The notes under the pieces are model-generated. The model was not told the DNA's origin, ran no database searches, and was given only the letters and a program-made list of their open reading frames with translations. Below, one piece after another: positions 12,015 to 22,949 of a stretch of DNA of 64,000 bases. The translations under genes were made by a program, and so were the position numbers. This stretch comes from Escherichia coli (lineage in GTDB: Bacteria; Pseudomonadota; Gammaproteobacteria; Enterobacterales; Enterobacteriaceae): NCBI RefSeq assembly GCF_016026235.1, contig NZ_CP065613.1; one strand, 5' to 3'. The stretch's first letter is position 1, and each line of letters starts with the position of its first letter.

Positions 12015-13131
12015 ACCAGCCACGGAGTGTTATATGTCCCGAAAAGACCTTGCCAATGCGATTCGCGCACTCAGTATGGATGCGGTACAAAAAGCCAATT
12101 CTGGTCATCCCGGCGCGCCGATGGGCATGGCTGATATTGCCGAAGTGCTGTGGAACGATTTTCTTAAACATAACCCTACCGACCCAACCTGGTATGATCG
12201 CGACCGCTTTATTCTTTCCAACGGTCACGCGTCGATGCTGCTCTACAGTTTGCTACATCTGACCGGTTACGACCTGCCGCTGGAAGAACTGAAGAACTTC
12301 CGTCAGTTGCATTCGAAAACCCCTGGCCACCCGGAAATCGGCTATACGCCCGGTGTTGAAACCACCACCGGTCCACTTGGACAAGGTTTGGCGAACGCCG
12401 TCGGACTGGCGATAGCAGAGCGTACACTGGCGGCGCAGTTTAACCAGCCGGATCATGAAATTGTCGATCACTTCACCTATGTGTTTATGGGCGACGGCTG
12501 CCTGATGGAAGGTATTTCCCACGAAGTCTGTTCGCTGGCGGGCACGCTGGGACTGGGCAAGCTGATTGGTTTTTACGATCACAACGGTATTTCGATTGAT
12601 GGAGAAACCGAAGGCTGGTTTACCGACGATACGGCAAAACGTTTTGAAGCCTATCACTGGCATGTGATCCATGAAATCGACGGTCACGATCCGCAGGCGG
12701 TGAAGGAAGCGATCCTTGAAGCGCAAAGCGTGAAAGATAAGCCGTCGCTGATTATCTGCCGTACGGTGATTGGCTTTGGTTCGCCGAATAAAGCAGGTAA
12801 GGAAGAGGCGCACGGCGCACCACTGGGGGAAGAAGAAGTGGCGCTGGCACGGCAAAAACTGGGCTGGCACCATCCGCCATTTGAGATCCCTAAAGAGATT
12901 TATCACGCCTGGGATGCCCGCGAAAAAGGCGAAAAAGCGCAGCAGAGCTGGAATGAGAAGTTTGCCGCCTATAAAAAGGCTCATCCGCAACTGGCAGAAG
13001 AGTTTATCCGTCGGATGAGCGGTGGTTTACCGAAGGACTGGGAGAAAACGACTCAGAAATATATCAATGAGTTACAGGCAAATCCGGCGAAAATCGCTAC
13101 CCGTAAGGCTTCGCAAAATACGCTTAACGCT

Positions 13132-13396
13132 GATATGACTTTCCGTGTCAAACCGGAATCTCTAATTTTGACGATTTTCTTTTTAGGTTTAATTCCCTGA
13201 GGGCGACGTAGCAGTAAATCCGACGGTGAATCACGCTGATATTCGCGGGTTGGATACCGCATTACAGAGGTCCGTCATATGAGCCTGCCACTTTCTTACG
13301 TCGCGAATCAGCTTTGTTCCGCCGTCGCCAAGCGCTAACGTGGGTTACTCTTGTACCGGGCTACGTCGCCTTCAGGGAACTGGTTATTCTCATTTT
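13132..13396 (-). ncRNA. Candidate structured non-coding RNA (bridge/seek-type guide RNA) in the 3' non-coding region of the IS110-family element
   Basis: No credible ORF; long-range inverted repeat CCCTGAGGGCGACGTAGC (13195-13212) pairs with GCTACGTCGCCTTCAGGG (13360-13377) at 17 of 18 positions; strand and exact ends not determined. Confidence 0.3.
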
Positions 13397-14524
13397 TTAT
13401 TTGTGACATTGTGGTTGTTGTGCGACAGACATTGCTATTCGGCCCATATCCCAGATAAAACCCGCCAGCTCACGTGCAACAGCAACAATTGTAATATTGA
13501 CATTCTTTCCTTTGGCCTGAAGTTTTCGATACCTCTTACAAAGCCTGAGTTGAGCATCCCATGCTCTGTCAATGACGGGGCGGGGTAAATTTTCCTGCCT
13601 TTTTTGTATTGCCGGACTGATGCGTGCCGGATGACGGTAACTCCACGCTGCCTCGACCAATAGCTTTCTGGCATAGCTGTTTCCGGCTTTGGTAATGCTG
13701 CCCTGATGTCTGCTTCCACCCGATGAATATTCTGATGGCGTGATACCAAACCATGACATCAGTTGTCGTGGATGTTCAAAACGGGTCAGATCACCCAGTT
13801 CAGAAATTAATCCAACCGCAGTAATAAACTGAATCCCTCGCATGGCTTGCAGCGCCTCTACTACCGGATACAGCCTCCATTCGGTAACGGCCTCCTTCAG
13901 GGCGGATTCCAGCCGTTCACATTGTGCCTGCCGGTCTTCTATTGTACGACGGTGTTCGTCAAAAGCTAATTGTCGCCAGGGACTTTCGAATGAGTATTTG
14001 CTGAGCCAGCGTCGGTGTGCAGGGCCCCAATCTGCTCGCCCGACATAATGGACCCCATGAACCAGAAGAAACGATTTCAGACGTTGCCTTGCATGCCGTA
14101 AATCATCGCGGGCAGATGCCCATGCCCGGGCCAAATCCCGGAATGCCTCATCTTCAATGCCGGGTACGTAGACAGCAGAAAGATCTCCTGCACGCAGTGA
14201 ACGCACAAGTCTGATGGCATCACGGCGATCGGTTTTAACCCGCTCCCCCGGTTTTTTCGGGATAAGTGAGGGGGCGCAGACCATGCAGTCAAAACCGGAT
14301 TTCACCAGCCGACGATAAAGTCCATAACCACAGGGCCCCGCTTCATAAACGATACTGACCTGCGATGACTTTGACCTGAGACGTTTACAAAGATTCTGAA
14401 TATCAGTAGGTGATGTGCCAATTTTACCCATCAGTTCAACAGGTTCTGAATTGATAGCATAAGCGACAGTAATCGATTCTTTGTGAACATCTAACCCGAC
14501 GTACAATGTGTTATTGTTGTTCAT
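13397..14524 (-). CDS. IS110-family (DEDD) transposase/recombinase, 375 aa
   Basis: ORF track 13397..14572; start assigned at MNNNNTLYVGLDVHK; RuvC-like acidic motifs (LYVGLDVHK, VYEAGPCGY, KTDRRDA) and a C-terminal GITPSEYSSGGS...SITKAGNSYARK region. Confidence 0.85.
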   Translation of the reverse strand: MNNNNTLYVGLDVHKESITVAYAINSEPVELMGKIGTSPTDIQNLCKRLRSKSSQVSIVYEAGPCGYGLYRRLVKSGFDCMVCAPSLIPKKPGERVKTDRRDAIRLVRSLRAGDLSAVYVPGIEDEAFRDLARAWASARDDLRHARQRLKSFLLVHGVHYVGRADWGPAHRRWLSKYSFESPWRQLAFDEHRRTIEDRQAQCERLESALKEAVTEWRLYPVVEALQAMRGIQFITAVGLISELGDLTRFEHPRQLMSWFGITPSEYSSGGSRHQGSITKAGNSYARKLLVEAAWSYRHPARISPAIQKRQENLPRPVIDRAWDAQLRLCKRYRKLQAKGKNVNITIVAVARELAGFIWDMGRIAMSVAQQPQCHK

Positions 14525-15559
14525 GCTGGCCTCCGTGGTGGAAATACCGGGGTGTAGCAACAGCTCACCCATGCGGCTCTGACAACGATGTTAACCCGCG
14601 TTAAATATCCCACGTTGGCCAGCATCTGTCTCACGGAAAGTCATACTGCCTTACGGGCCGATGCTACCGGAGCTGCTCGGCGGTTCGGCGGATCTGGCTC
14701 CCAGCAACCTGACCATCTGGAAAGGTTCTGTTTCGCTGAAGGAAGATCCGGCGGGCAACTACATTCACTACGGGGTGCGTGAATTTGGCATGACCGCTAT
14801 CGCCAACGGCATTGCGCACCACGGCGGCTTTGTGCCGTATACCGCAACGTTCCTGATGTTTGTTGAATACGCCCGTAACGCCGCGCGGATGGCGGCACTG
14901 ATGAAAGCGCGGCAGATTATGGTTTATACCCACGACTCAATTGGTCTGGGCGAAGATGGTCCGACGCACCAGGCTGTTGAGCAACTGGCCAGCCTGCGCT
15001 TAACGCCAAATTTCAGCACCTGGCGACCGTGCGATCAGGTGGAAGCGGCGGTGGGCTGGAAGCTGGCGGTTGAGCGCCACAACGGACCGACGGCACTGAT
15101 TCTCTCCAGGCAGAATCTGGCCCAGGTGGAACGTACGCCGGATCAGGTTAAAGAGATTGCTCGTGGCGGTTATGTGCTGAAAGACAGCGGCGGTAAGCCA
15201 GATATTATTTTGATTGCCACCGGTTCAGAGATGGAAATCACCCTGCAAGCGGCAGAGAAATTAGCGGGAGAAGGTCGCAATGTTCGCGTAGTTTCCCTGC
15301 CCTCGACCGATATTTTCGACGCCCAGGATGAGGAATATCGGGAGTCGGTGTTGCCTTCTAACGTTGCGGCTCGCGTGGCGGTGGAAGCAGGTATTGCCGA
15401 TTACTGGTACAAGTATGTTGGTCTGAAAGGGGCAATTGTCGGGATGACGGGTTATGGGGAATCTGCTCCGGCGGATAAGCTGTTCCCGTTCTTTGGCTTT
15501 ACCGCCGAGAATATTGTGGCAAAAGCGCATAAGGTGCTGGGAGTGAAAGGTGCCTGATG

Positions 15560-15597
15560 GTGATCGCCGGATGCTGATTGCCGGATGCGACGCTGAC
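15560..15597. repeat. Left half of a REP palindrome split by IS150
   Basis: GCCGGATGCGACGCTGAC immediately left of the IS; the matching half GCGTCTTATCCGGCCTACA lies at 17030-17062. Confidence 0.7.
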
Positions 15598-16456
<859 letters not shown>

Positions 16457-16481
<25 letters not shown>

Positions 16482-16978
16482 TTCTCCAGCTCCTGGCGCT
16501 TTTTTTCCAGGAGATGCTCCTGCATGGCTTTCAGATATGCATTTTCTGCGCGAAGATAACGCAGCTCATTCTTCATCTCTTCCGGCGTCATGTTTCCCTC
16601 GTTTTCATGGGTATCATTAGAACGGGTCATGCTTTTCTCCTTCCTGCGCCTGATAAAGGCCTCATTACCAGATTTGCGGTAGCCTTTTATCCAGTTTTTA
16701 ACCATGTTGTGGCTGGGAATGTTAAACCGGGCAGCTACCCGGGGTAGAGACTCAGAATGCCCGAGAGCATAAAGAACCACGCAAAGTTTATCTTCAGGAG
16801 AATAGCTACGCTTGTGTCTGCAATCCAGTGCCTGAGGACCGTGAAGAAGAAAAAGATTAATCCAGTGTGAGAGGCTGGTGTGAGAAAGTTGAAAGAGTTT
16901 TGCCGTAGAAATGATGCCTGCATGACCGGCCAGGTAATGATTTACAGCGGCAAGTTTTACTTCAAATGAATGTTTCAT
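16457..16978 (-). CDS. insJ: IS150 OrfA (InsJ), helix-turn-helix DNA-binding protein
   Basis: 173 aa starting MKHSFEVKLAAVNHYLAGHAG; leucine-zipper-like C-terminus. Confidence 0.88.
16499..16505 (-). other. Probable programmed -1 ribosomal frameshift heptamer A-AAA-AAG in the IS150 orfA/orfB overlap
   Basis: Reverse-strand CTG GAA AAA AAG CGC near the end of orfA, with orfB open in the -1 frame. Confidence 0.55.
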
Positions 16979-17029
16979 AAACTGCACCTTCAGATGTCAG
17001 ATTATGTCCAACATTTGGGGTGCAGTTCA

Positions 17030-17062
17030 TGACGCGTCTTATCCGGCCTACAGCGTCTTAAC
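17030..17062. repeat. Right half of the REP palindrome split by IS150
   Basis: TGACGCGTCTTATCCGGCCTACA directly right of the IS. Confidence 0.7.
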
Positions 17063-17088
17063 CGGTCTACATGTCCCCGCTATTTTGT

Positions 17089-18132
17089 TTAACGGGTGAT
17101 CCACAACGTGGGCCAGGCGTCTGGCCCATGCCAGTTATCGCAGGTGGGTTCTGCGGCGTAACGCACCAGGCGAAAACGCTGACCGTCAAAGCGCCAGCGC
17201 GCCTGAATGCCACAATCGCTTAATCCGCGCCCTTTCGCTAAGGTCACCAGCTCACGCGATTTCTCATCAAATGTTGCGTTCATCAGTTCCAGTTCATTCG
17301 TCTCCTGACCGTTGTTGAACGGCAAACGCAACCGAACCGGGCGCGAGGCCAGCGGCTTTTTACGCGACACAATCCATGCCAAATCAATGGTGTTATAGGC
17401 CCCTGCCTCACAGCTAATCATCATCAGCGCTTTATCATCAGTCAGCGCAGTGACATTCACCTCACGACGCAATGGATCAAGCGAGCAGCGCAGACCATTC
17501 ATCCGCCAGTTTCCATAATCCAGCAAATCGTTGCGTTCTTCGAGTGAGAGTGGCGTCGGCGTTGGGTTAACCACCGCGACCTCTTTCAGCGCAGGCGCGG
17601 GCGGTACGCTGAGCGGCGGTTCGTCCCCTTTCTTTATCCACGCGGTTTCACTGCCAACGCGCTTTTGCTGAGCATCAATAAACAACAACGCCGCTTTTAA
17701 GCCACTCAGAGAAATGGTCTGATTGCCGTCGCGTAAGGTGATCGCCTTCCCTTCCTGAATCATCTGCAAAAACGCGGTGATGGTTGCCGTATCATCGGTT
17801 ACTAATAACCATGGTGAAATCCGCCACTTGTCACCACTTAACGCCAACGGCTCACCATCTAACAGCAGCCGTGGCGCTATCTCCCCTTCAGACGCATCCG
17901 GCGATTTCAACCCGCCGCGCTCAATACGTAAAACGGCATCGGTATGCGCCCCGGCGCTGCGGCTCAGGGTCATCACCAGTCCATTATGATCGCCCGTATT
18001 GCGCGCCACGCAGAAGTTTTGGTTATTACAGGTGACCTGCCAGTCGGAAAACGCCCGTTGCGCTGGTGCCGCCCACACCAAAGACGTCGGCAACAAAGCG
18101 AAAAAAAAGAGAAGGAAAATGCGATAGCGCAT
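17089..18132 (-). CDS. ypfG: Conserved exported protein YpfG (DUF1176)
   Basis: 347-aa ORF with an N-terminal signal-peptide-like segment; conserved position. Confidence 0.8.
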   Translation of the reverse strand: MRYRIFLLFFFALLPTSLVWAAPAQRAFSDWQVTCNNQNFCVARNTGDHNGLVMTLSRSAGAHTDAVLRIERGGLKSPDASEGEIAPRLLLDGEPLALSGDKWRISPWLLVTDDTATITAFLQMIQEGKAITLRDGNQTISLSGLKAALLFIDAQQKRVGSETAWIKKGDEPPLSVPPAPALKEVAVVNPTPTPLSLEERNDLLDYGNWRMNGLRCSLDPLRREVNVTALTDDKALMMISCEAGAYNTIDLAWIVSRKKPLASRPVRLRLPFNNGQETNELELMNATFDEKSRELVTLAKGRGLSDCGIQARWRFDGQRFRLVRYAAEPTCDNWHGPDAWPTLWITR

Positions 18133-18257
18133 GGACGGTACGACCCCAGAAGTTCAAACAAACAGCACAAGTCGTATCTTCGTTGCGCAGGTAGCGCGGC
18201 TCAATCGGATTTGTCGGATTGAGCCAACAATAAACAACGAAATATTATTGTTATTTT

Positions 18258-18833
18258 TCAGTCCATTAAATGTGACGTTTGCAAATAGTTAAGCAATAAC
18301 ACCGTCTTACCGTCACGTATCTTGCCGGTTTTGATCATCTCCAGCGCCTGGCTGAACGGCACCTCGAGCACTTCAATATCTTCATCTTCGACACCGCCAC
18401 CGGCGTTAGCGCGCTGATTGTCACTGTATTCGGCGATAAAAAAGTGGATTAGCTCAGTCACACCGCCTGGCGACATATACAGTTCAAATAATTTGCGCAC
18501 TTCGCCCACTTCATAGCCCGTCTCTTCAATCGCTTCTTTGCGAATGCACACTTCCGGTTCGTCGTTATCCAGCAGCCCGGCGCAGGTTTCAATCAGCTGC
18601 CCGCTTTCATTGCCATTAACCCAGGTAGCGACACGGAACTGACGAATCAGAACCACGGTCTTTTTCTTCGCGTTGTACAGGAGGATCGTCGCACCATTGC
18701 CGCGATCGTACACTTCACGTTTATGGCGGATAACTTCGCCATCTTTGCGCGTGAGATCGTAAGTAATGTTGTGCAGGGTGAAATAGTTATCGGAGAGAAT
18801 TTTGTCTTTAATGAGGGTGATTTGTTGCGTCAT
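18258..18833 (-). CDS. nudK: GDP-mannose pyrophosphatase NudK (Nudix hydrolase)
   Basis: ORF track 18258..18860; start at MTQQITLIK gives 191 aa; Nudix-type E-x2-EE-x-GY motif region. Confidence 0.85.
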   Translation of the reverse strand: MTQQITLIKDKILSDNYFTLHNITYDLTRKDGEVIRHKREVYDRGNGATILLYNAKKKTVVLIRQFRVATWVNGNESGQLIETCAGLLDNDEPEVCIRKEAIEETGYEVGEVRKLFELYMSPGGVTELIHFFIAEYSDNQRANAGGGVEDEDIEVLEVPFSQALEMIKTGKIRDGKTVLLLNYLQTSHLMD

Positions 18834-18900
18834 ACCGACTCCACAGCGCGAAATGAACAATTATCTTACGCTGTGAAGTCGGGTTTGTCTGCGCAGGCTA

Positions 18901-20880
18901 TCAGTGAGATTTGACTGATTTTACCCCCAGCCAGTCAATAATCCCCTGTGCCGCATGACGTCCTTCTGCCATTGCGGTAACCACCAGATCCGCACCACGC
19001 ACGGCGTCGCCACCGGCGAAGATTTTCGGATTGGTGGTCTGGTAACGGTACTGGCTTTCCACATCCGCGATGATGCGGCCCCATTTGTCTACCGTTACAC
19101 CGTGCGACTCCAGCCACGGCATCCCGTGCGGATTGAAGCCAAACGCCATAATCACCGCGTCGGCTGGCATGACAAATTCACTGCCTTCCACCGGTACTGG
19201 ACGCCGACGCCCCTGGGCATCCGGCTCGCCAAGACGCGTACGCAGGAAACGAATCCCGCAAACGTGACCTTGTTCATTCAGCTCAAGCGCCACCGGCTGG
19301 ACGTTAAATTCGAAGTTGGCCCCCTCTTCGCGGGCGTTCTTCACCTCTTTCTTCGAGCCTGGCATGTTAGCTTCATCACGACGATAAGCGCAGGTGACGT
19401 TACTCGCGCCGTGGCGCAGCGCAGTACGCACACAGTCCATCGCGGTGTCGCCGCCGCCCAGTACCACGACGTTAAGTCCGGCGGTATTGATAAACGGCTC
19501 TTCCGGTAGCTCTTCGAGCCCCATCACCTGTTTAGTGTTGGCGATGAGGAACGGCAGCGCGTCATAAACGCCCGGCGCATCTTCATTGGGTAAACCCGCT
19601 TTCATGGAACGGTAAGTGCCTACGCCAACGAAGACCGCGTCGTATTGTTCCAAAAGCGAATCCAAAGAGACATCTTTACCCACTTCACAATTGAGTTCGA
19701 AGTGAATCCCCATCGCGCTGAAGATTTCCCGACGGCGTGCCAGCAGGGATTTATCCAGTTTGAAAGAAGGAATGCCGAAAGTGAGCAAGCCACCGATTTC
19801 TGGATGGCGATCGTACACCGTCACCGCCATGCCATTGCGGGTCAGAACATCCGCACAGGCCAGCCCTGCCGGACCTGCACCGATAATCGCCACCCGCTTG
19901 TCCACTTTGGTGACATGGCTTAAGTCAGGACGCCAACCTTTCGCCAACGCCTGATCTGAAATGTAGCGTTCAATGTTGCCGATAGTTACCGCACCGTGCT
20001 CATCGCGAATAGTACAGGCACCTTCACACAAACGGTCTTGCGGACAAACGCGTCCGGTAATTTCCGGCAGGGTGTTGGTCAGGTGAGAAAGCTCGACGGC
20101 GGCGTCGATGTTTCCGGCTTTCACCAGTTCAATCCACTGCGGTATATGGTTATGCAGCGGGCAGGTCCATTCACAAACGCTGTGCTCGCCGCATTTAAGG
20201 CAGCGCGAGGCTTCCCGTTGTGCCTGATCGGCACGGAATGGCAGATAAATTTCATCAAAACCGGTTTTGCGCGCTTCAATCGCCAGTTTATCCGGCTCGC
20301 CACGCGCGGGCGTTGCCTGCATTTGTTCGACTTTACTCATTACCGGCATTTCTTGTGCAGCGGTACTGGCATGCCACGGTTGATGTTCCTGACGTGCGGT
20401 ACGCAAGCGGCGGGATTTCGCCATGCCTGAGAGTGCGGCGTCAGTGACCAGCTGCAGCGCGTCCGCCGGGCAATTCTCGACACAGGCAGGACCGTTTTCG
20501 CGCCCTGCACAAAGGTCGCATTTATGCGCCGTGGCTTTAACTTTGCCCGCTGCGACGGGTGTCAGGACGATTTGCATCGTACCAAACGGACAGGCCACCA
20601 CGCAGGATTTACAGCCAATACACTTTTGCTGATTGACCTGAATGCTGTCATCAACGTGGCTGATTGCGCCATTAGGGCAGCTACGGGCGCAGGGCGCATC
20701 TTCACAATGGTGACAGGTCACTGCACTACGTTGCTGCTGATGTTTGATAACCGTAATTCGGGGATGAAAATGGTGTTGGCTCAGGACATGTTGCTCATCA
20801 TTGTGAGCCATGACACAAGCGATTTCACAAGCATGACAACCCAGACATTGCTGACTGTTGGCCATAATAAAACGATTCAT
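18901..20880 (-). CDS. aegA: AegA, Fe-S cluster-containing oxidoreductase (GltD-like NAD(P)-binding domain plus ferredoxin-like domain)
   Basis: 659-aa ORF with multiple CxxCxxCxxxCP motifs and a GAGPAG dinucleotide-binding motif. Confidence 0.88.
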   Translation of the reverse strand: MNRFIMANSQQCLGCHACEIACVMAHNDEQHVLSQHHFHPRITVIKHQQQRSAVTCHHCEDAPCARSCPNGAISHVDDSIQVNQQKCIGCKSCVVACPFGTMQIVLTPVAAGKVKATAHKCDLCAGRENGPACVENCPADALQLVTDAALSGMAKSRRLRTARQEHQPWHASTAAQEMPVMSKVEQMQATPARGEPDKLAIEARKTGFDEIYLPFRADQAQREASRCLKCGEHSVCEWTCPLHNHIPQWIELVKAGNIDAAVELSHLTNTLPEITGRVCPQDRLCEGACTIRDEHGAVTIGNIERYISDQALAKGWRPDLSHVTKVDKRVAIIGAGPAGLACADVLTRNGMAVTVYDRHPEIGGLLTFGIPSFKLDKSLLARRREIFSAMGIHFELNCEVGKDVSLDSLLEQYDAVFVGVGTYRSMKAGLPNEDAPGVYDALPFLIANTKQVMGLEELPEEPFINTAGLNVVVLGGGDTAMDCVRTALRHGASNVTCAYRRDEANMPGSKKEVKNAREEGANFEFNVQPVALELNEQGHVCGIRFLRTRLGEPDAQGRRRPVPVEGSEFVMPADAVIMAFGFNPHGMPWLESHGVTVDKWGRIIADVESQYRYQTTNPKIFAGGDAVRGADLVVTAMAEGRHAAQGIIDWLGVKSVKSH

Positions 20881-21085
20881 AACGACCTTCTTTTTTGGTT
20901 GTAAAAACCTTATTCTTTATATGAGTGTTGTTATTACCCGACTTACAGGGGAATCGGCAATGTTCATGTGCCCAGAATAAGTAACTATTTCGCTATAAAC
21001 TGTGGCAGATCAAATAATCCCATCATTGACTAAATTGCGTTTCAGCGAACTGGAACATTAATGATTTTTTGTGGAGAAGACGCGT

Positions 21086-22786
21086 GTGATTGTTAAACGA
21101 CCCGTCTCGGCCAGTCTGGCCCGGGCCTTTTTTTACATTGTGCTGCTGTCGATTCTTTCCACGGGTATCGCTCTGCTAACTCTGGCGAGCAGTTTGCGCG
21201 ACGCTGAGGCTATCAATATTGCCGGATCGCTGCGTATGCAGAGTTACCGCCTGGGCTACGACTTGCAAAGTGGCAGTCCACAACTCAATGCACATCGCCA
21301 GCTGTTTCAGCAGGCACTGCATTCACCGGTATTAACCAATCTCAACGTCTGGTATGTGCCAGAAGCAGTAAAAACTCGCTATGCGCATCTGAATGCCAAC
21401 TGGCTGGAGATGAATAATCGTCTCAGCAAGGGCGACTTGCCGTGGTATCAGGCCAATATTAATAACTATGTTAATCAGATAGACCTGTTCGTGCTGGCTT
21501 TACAGCACTACGCTGAACGCAAAATGCTGCTGGTGGTGGCGATTTCCCTAGCTGGCGGCATCGGTATTTTCACGCTGGTCTTTTTTACTTTGCGCCGCAT
21601 ACGCCATCAGGTGGTTGCCCCGCTGAATCAGCTGGTTACCGCCAGTCAGCGTATTGAACACGGGCAGTTCGACTCGCCGCCGCTGGATACCAGCCTGCCG
21701 AATGAGCTTGGTCTGCTTGCAAAAACCTTTAACCAGATGTCGAGCGAGCTGCATAAATTGTACCGTTCGCTGGAGGCGTCAGTAGAAGAAAAGACTCGCG
21801 ATCTCCACGAGGCCAAGCGTCGTCTGGAGGTGTTGTATCAATGTTCGCAGGCGCTGAACACCAGCCAGATTGATGTGCATTGTTTCCGCCATATTTTGCA
21901 GATTGTTCGCGACAATGAAGCGGCTGAATATCTGGAGTTAAATGTCGGTGAAAACTGGCGGATTAGCGAAGGGCAACCAAACCCGGAATTGCCGATGCAG
22001 ATTTTACCGGTGACAATGCAAGAGACGGTTTACGGCGAACTGCACTGGCAAAATAGTCACGTTTCATCATCAGAACCGCTGCTTAACAGCGTTTCGTCGA
22101 TGCTGGGACGCGGTTTGTACTTTAATCAGGCGCAGAAGCATTTTCAGCAGTTATTGTTGATGGAAGAACGTGCAACCATCGCCCGCGAATTGCACGACTC
22201 GCTGGCTCAGGTACTTTCTTACTTACGTATCCAGTTGACGTTACTTAAGCGTTCGATACCGGAAGATAACGCCACCGCACAAAGTATCATGGCCGATTTT
22301 TCCCAGGCGTTGAATGATGCTTATCGGCAGTTACGCGAGCTGTTGACTACTTTCCGCCTGACGCTGCAGCAGGCGGATCTCCCCTCCGCGTTGAGGGAAA
22401 TGCTGGATACGTTACAAAATCAAACCAGCGCCAAACTGACCCTCGACTGCCGTCTGCCAACCCTGGCGCTGGATGCGCAAATGCAGGTGCATTTGTTGCA
22501 AATTATTCGCGAAGCGGTGCTGAATGCGATGAAGCACGCCAACGCCAGCGAAATCGCCGTCAGTTGCGTCACCGCGCCGGACGGCAATCACACGGTTTAT
22601 ATCCGTGATAACGGGATTGGTATCGGTGAACCGAAAGAACCCGAAGGTCATTATGGTCTGAATATCATGCGCGAACGCGCGGAACGGCTAGGTGGGACGC
22701 TGACTTTTTCACAACCTTCCGGCGGCGGCACGTTAGTGAGTATTAGCTTTCGCTCTGCGGAGGGTGAGGAAAGTCAGTTGATGTAA
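21086..22786 (+). CDS. narQ: Nitrate/nitrite sensor histidine kinase NarQ
   Basis: ORF track 21071..22786; probable GTG start at 21086 (MIVKRPV) gives 566 aa; two transmembrane segments, HAMP and histidine kinase (ELHDSLAQ) regions. Confidence 0.88.
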   Translation: MIVKRPVSASLARAFFYIVLLSILSTGIALLTLASSLRDAEAINIAGSLRMQSYRLGYDLQSGSPQLNAHRQLFQQALHSPVLTNLNVWYVPEAVKTRYAHLNANWLEMNNRLSKGDLPWYQANINNYVNQIDLFVLALQHYAERKMLLVVAISLAGGIGIFTLVFFTLRRIRHQVVAPLNQLVTASQRIEHGQFDSPPLDTSLPNELGLLAKTFNQMSSELHKLYRSLEASVEEKTRDLHEAKRRLEVLYQCSQALNTSQIDVHCFRHILQIVRDNEAAEYLELNVGENWRISEGQPNPELPMQILPVTMQETVYGELHWQNSHVSSSEPLLNSVSSMLGRGLYFNQAQKHFQQLLLMEERATIARELHDSLAQVLSYLRIQLTLLKRSIPEDNATAQSIMADFSQALNDAYRQLRELLTTFRLTLQQADLPSALREMLDTLQNQTSAKLTLDCRLPTLALDAQMQVHLLQIIREAVLNAMKHANASEIAVSCVTAPDGNHTVYIRDNGIGIGEPKEPEGHYGLNIMRERAERLGGTLTFSQPSGGGTLVSISFRSAEGEESQLM

Positions 22787-22949
22787 TGCCTCCTACTGAC
22801 CAAAGAATACTTGCACTTAAGGTTCAGTATAAAAGGGCATGATAATTTACATTAACTCCTTTTTTTCTCCACGATTGGCTCGTACCTTGCCGCTACAGTG
22901 AAGCAAGTCAAGCCTACAACGATACGCAGAAACACGAGGTCCTCTTTTA

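Larger units (their letters stand above)
13132..14651 (-). mobile_element. IS110-family insertion sequence (IS1111-like architecture), about 1520 bp; exact IS name not resolved
   Basis: Clean insertion between tktB codons 366 and 367 with no target duplication beyond one ambiguous T; perfect 14-bp subterminal inverted repeats TATGACTTTCCGTG (13134-13147) and CACGGAAAGTCATA (14632-14645); single DEDD-type transposase gene; 265-bp non-coding region on its 3' side. Confidence 0.85.
12034..15557 (+). pseudogene. tktB: Transketolase 2 (tktB) interrupted by a 1.52 kb insertion element; fragments are 12034..13131 (366 codons) and 14652..15557 (301 codons plus stop)
   Basis: The two fragments are in frame and together make 667 codons of a contiguous transketolase sequence (...QNTLNA | [11 protein letters not shown]...); the insert supplies an early stop. 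Confidence 0.9.

Noticed and set aside
13340-13588. Plus-strand 82-aa ORF spanning the end of the transposase gene and the candidate ncRNA region
   Set aside because: Antisense to the transposase 3' end, no ribosome-binding site, Cys-rich odd composition; the region is better explained as structured non-coding DNA
14525-14572. Upstream extension of the IS110-family transposase ORF (MGELLLHPGISTTEAS, from a GTG at 14572)
   Set aside because: The extension comes from a GTG start and has no conserved character; the ATG at MNNNNTLYVGLDVHK gives the usual N-terminal position of the first catalytic Asp. The 375-aa form is preferred, but the start is not certain
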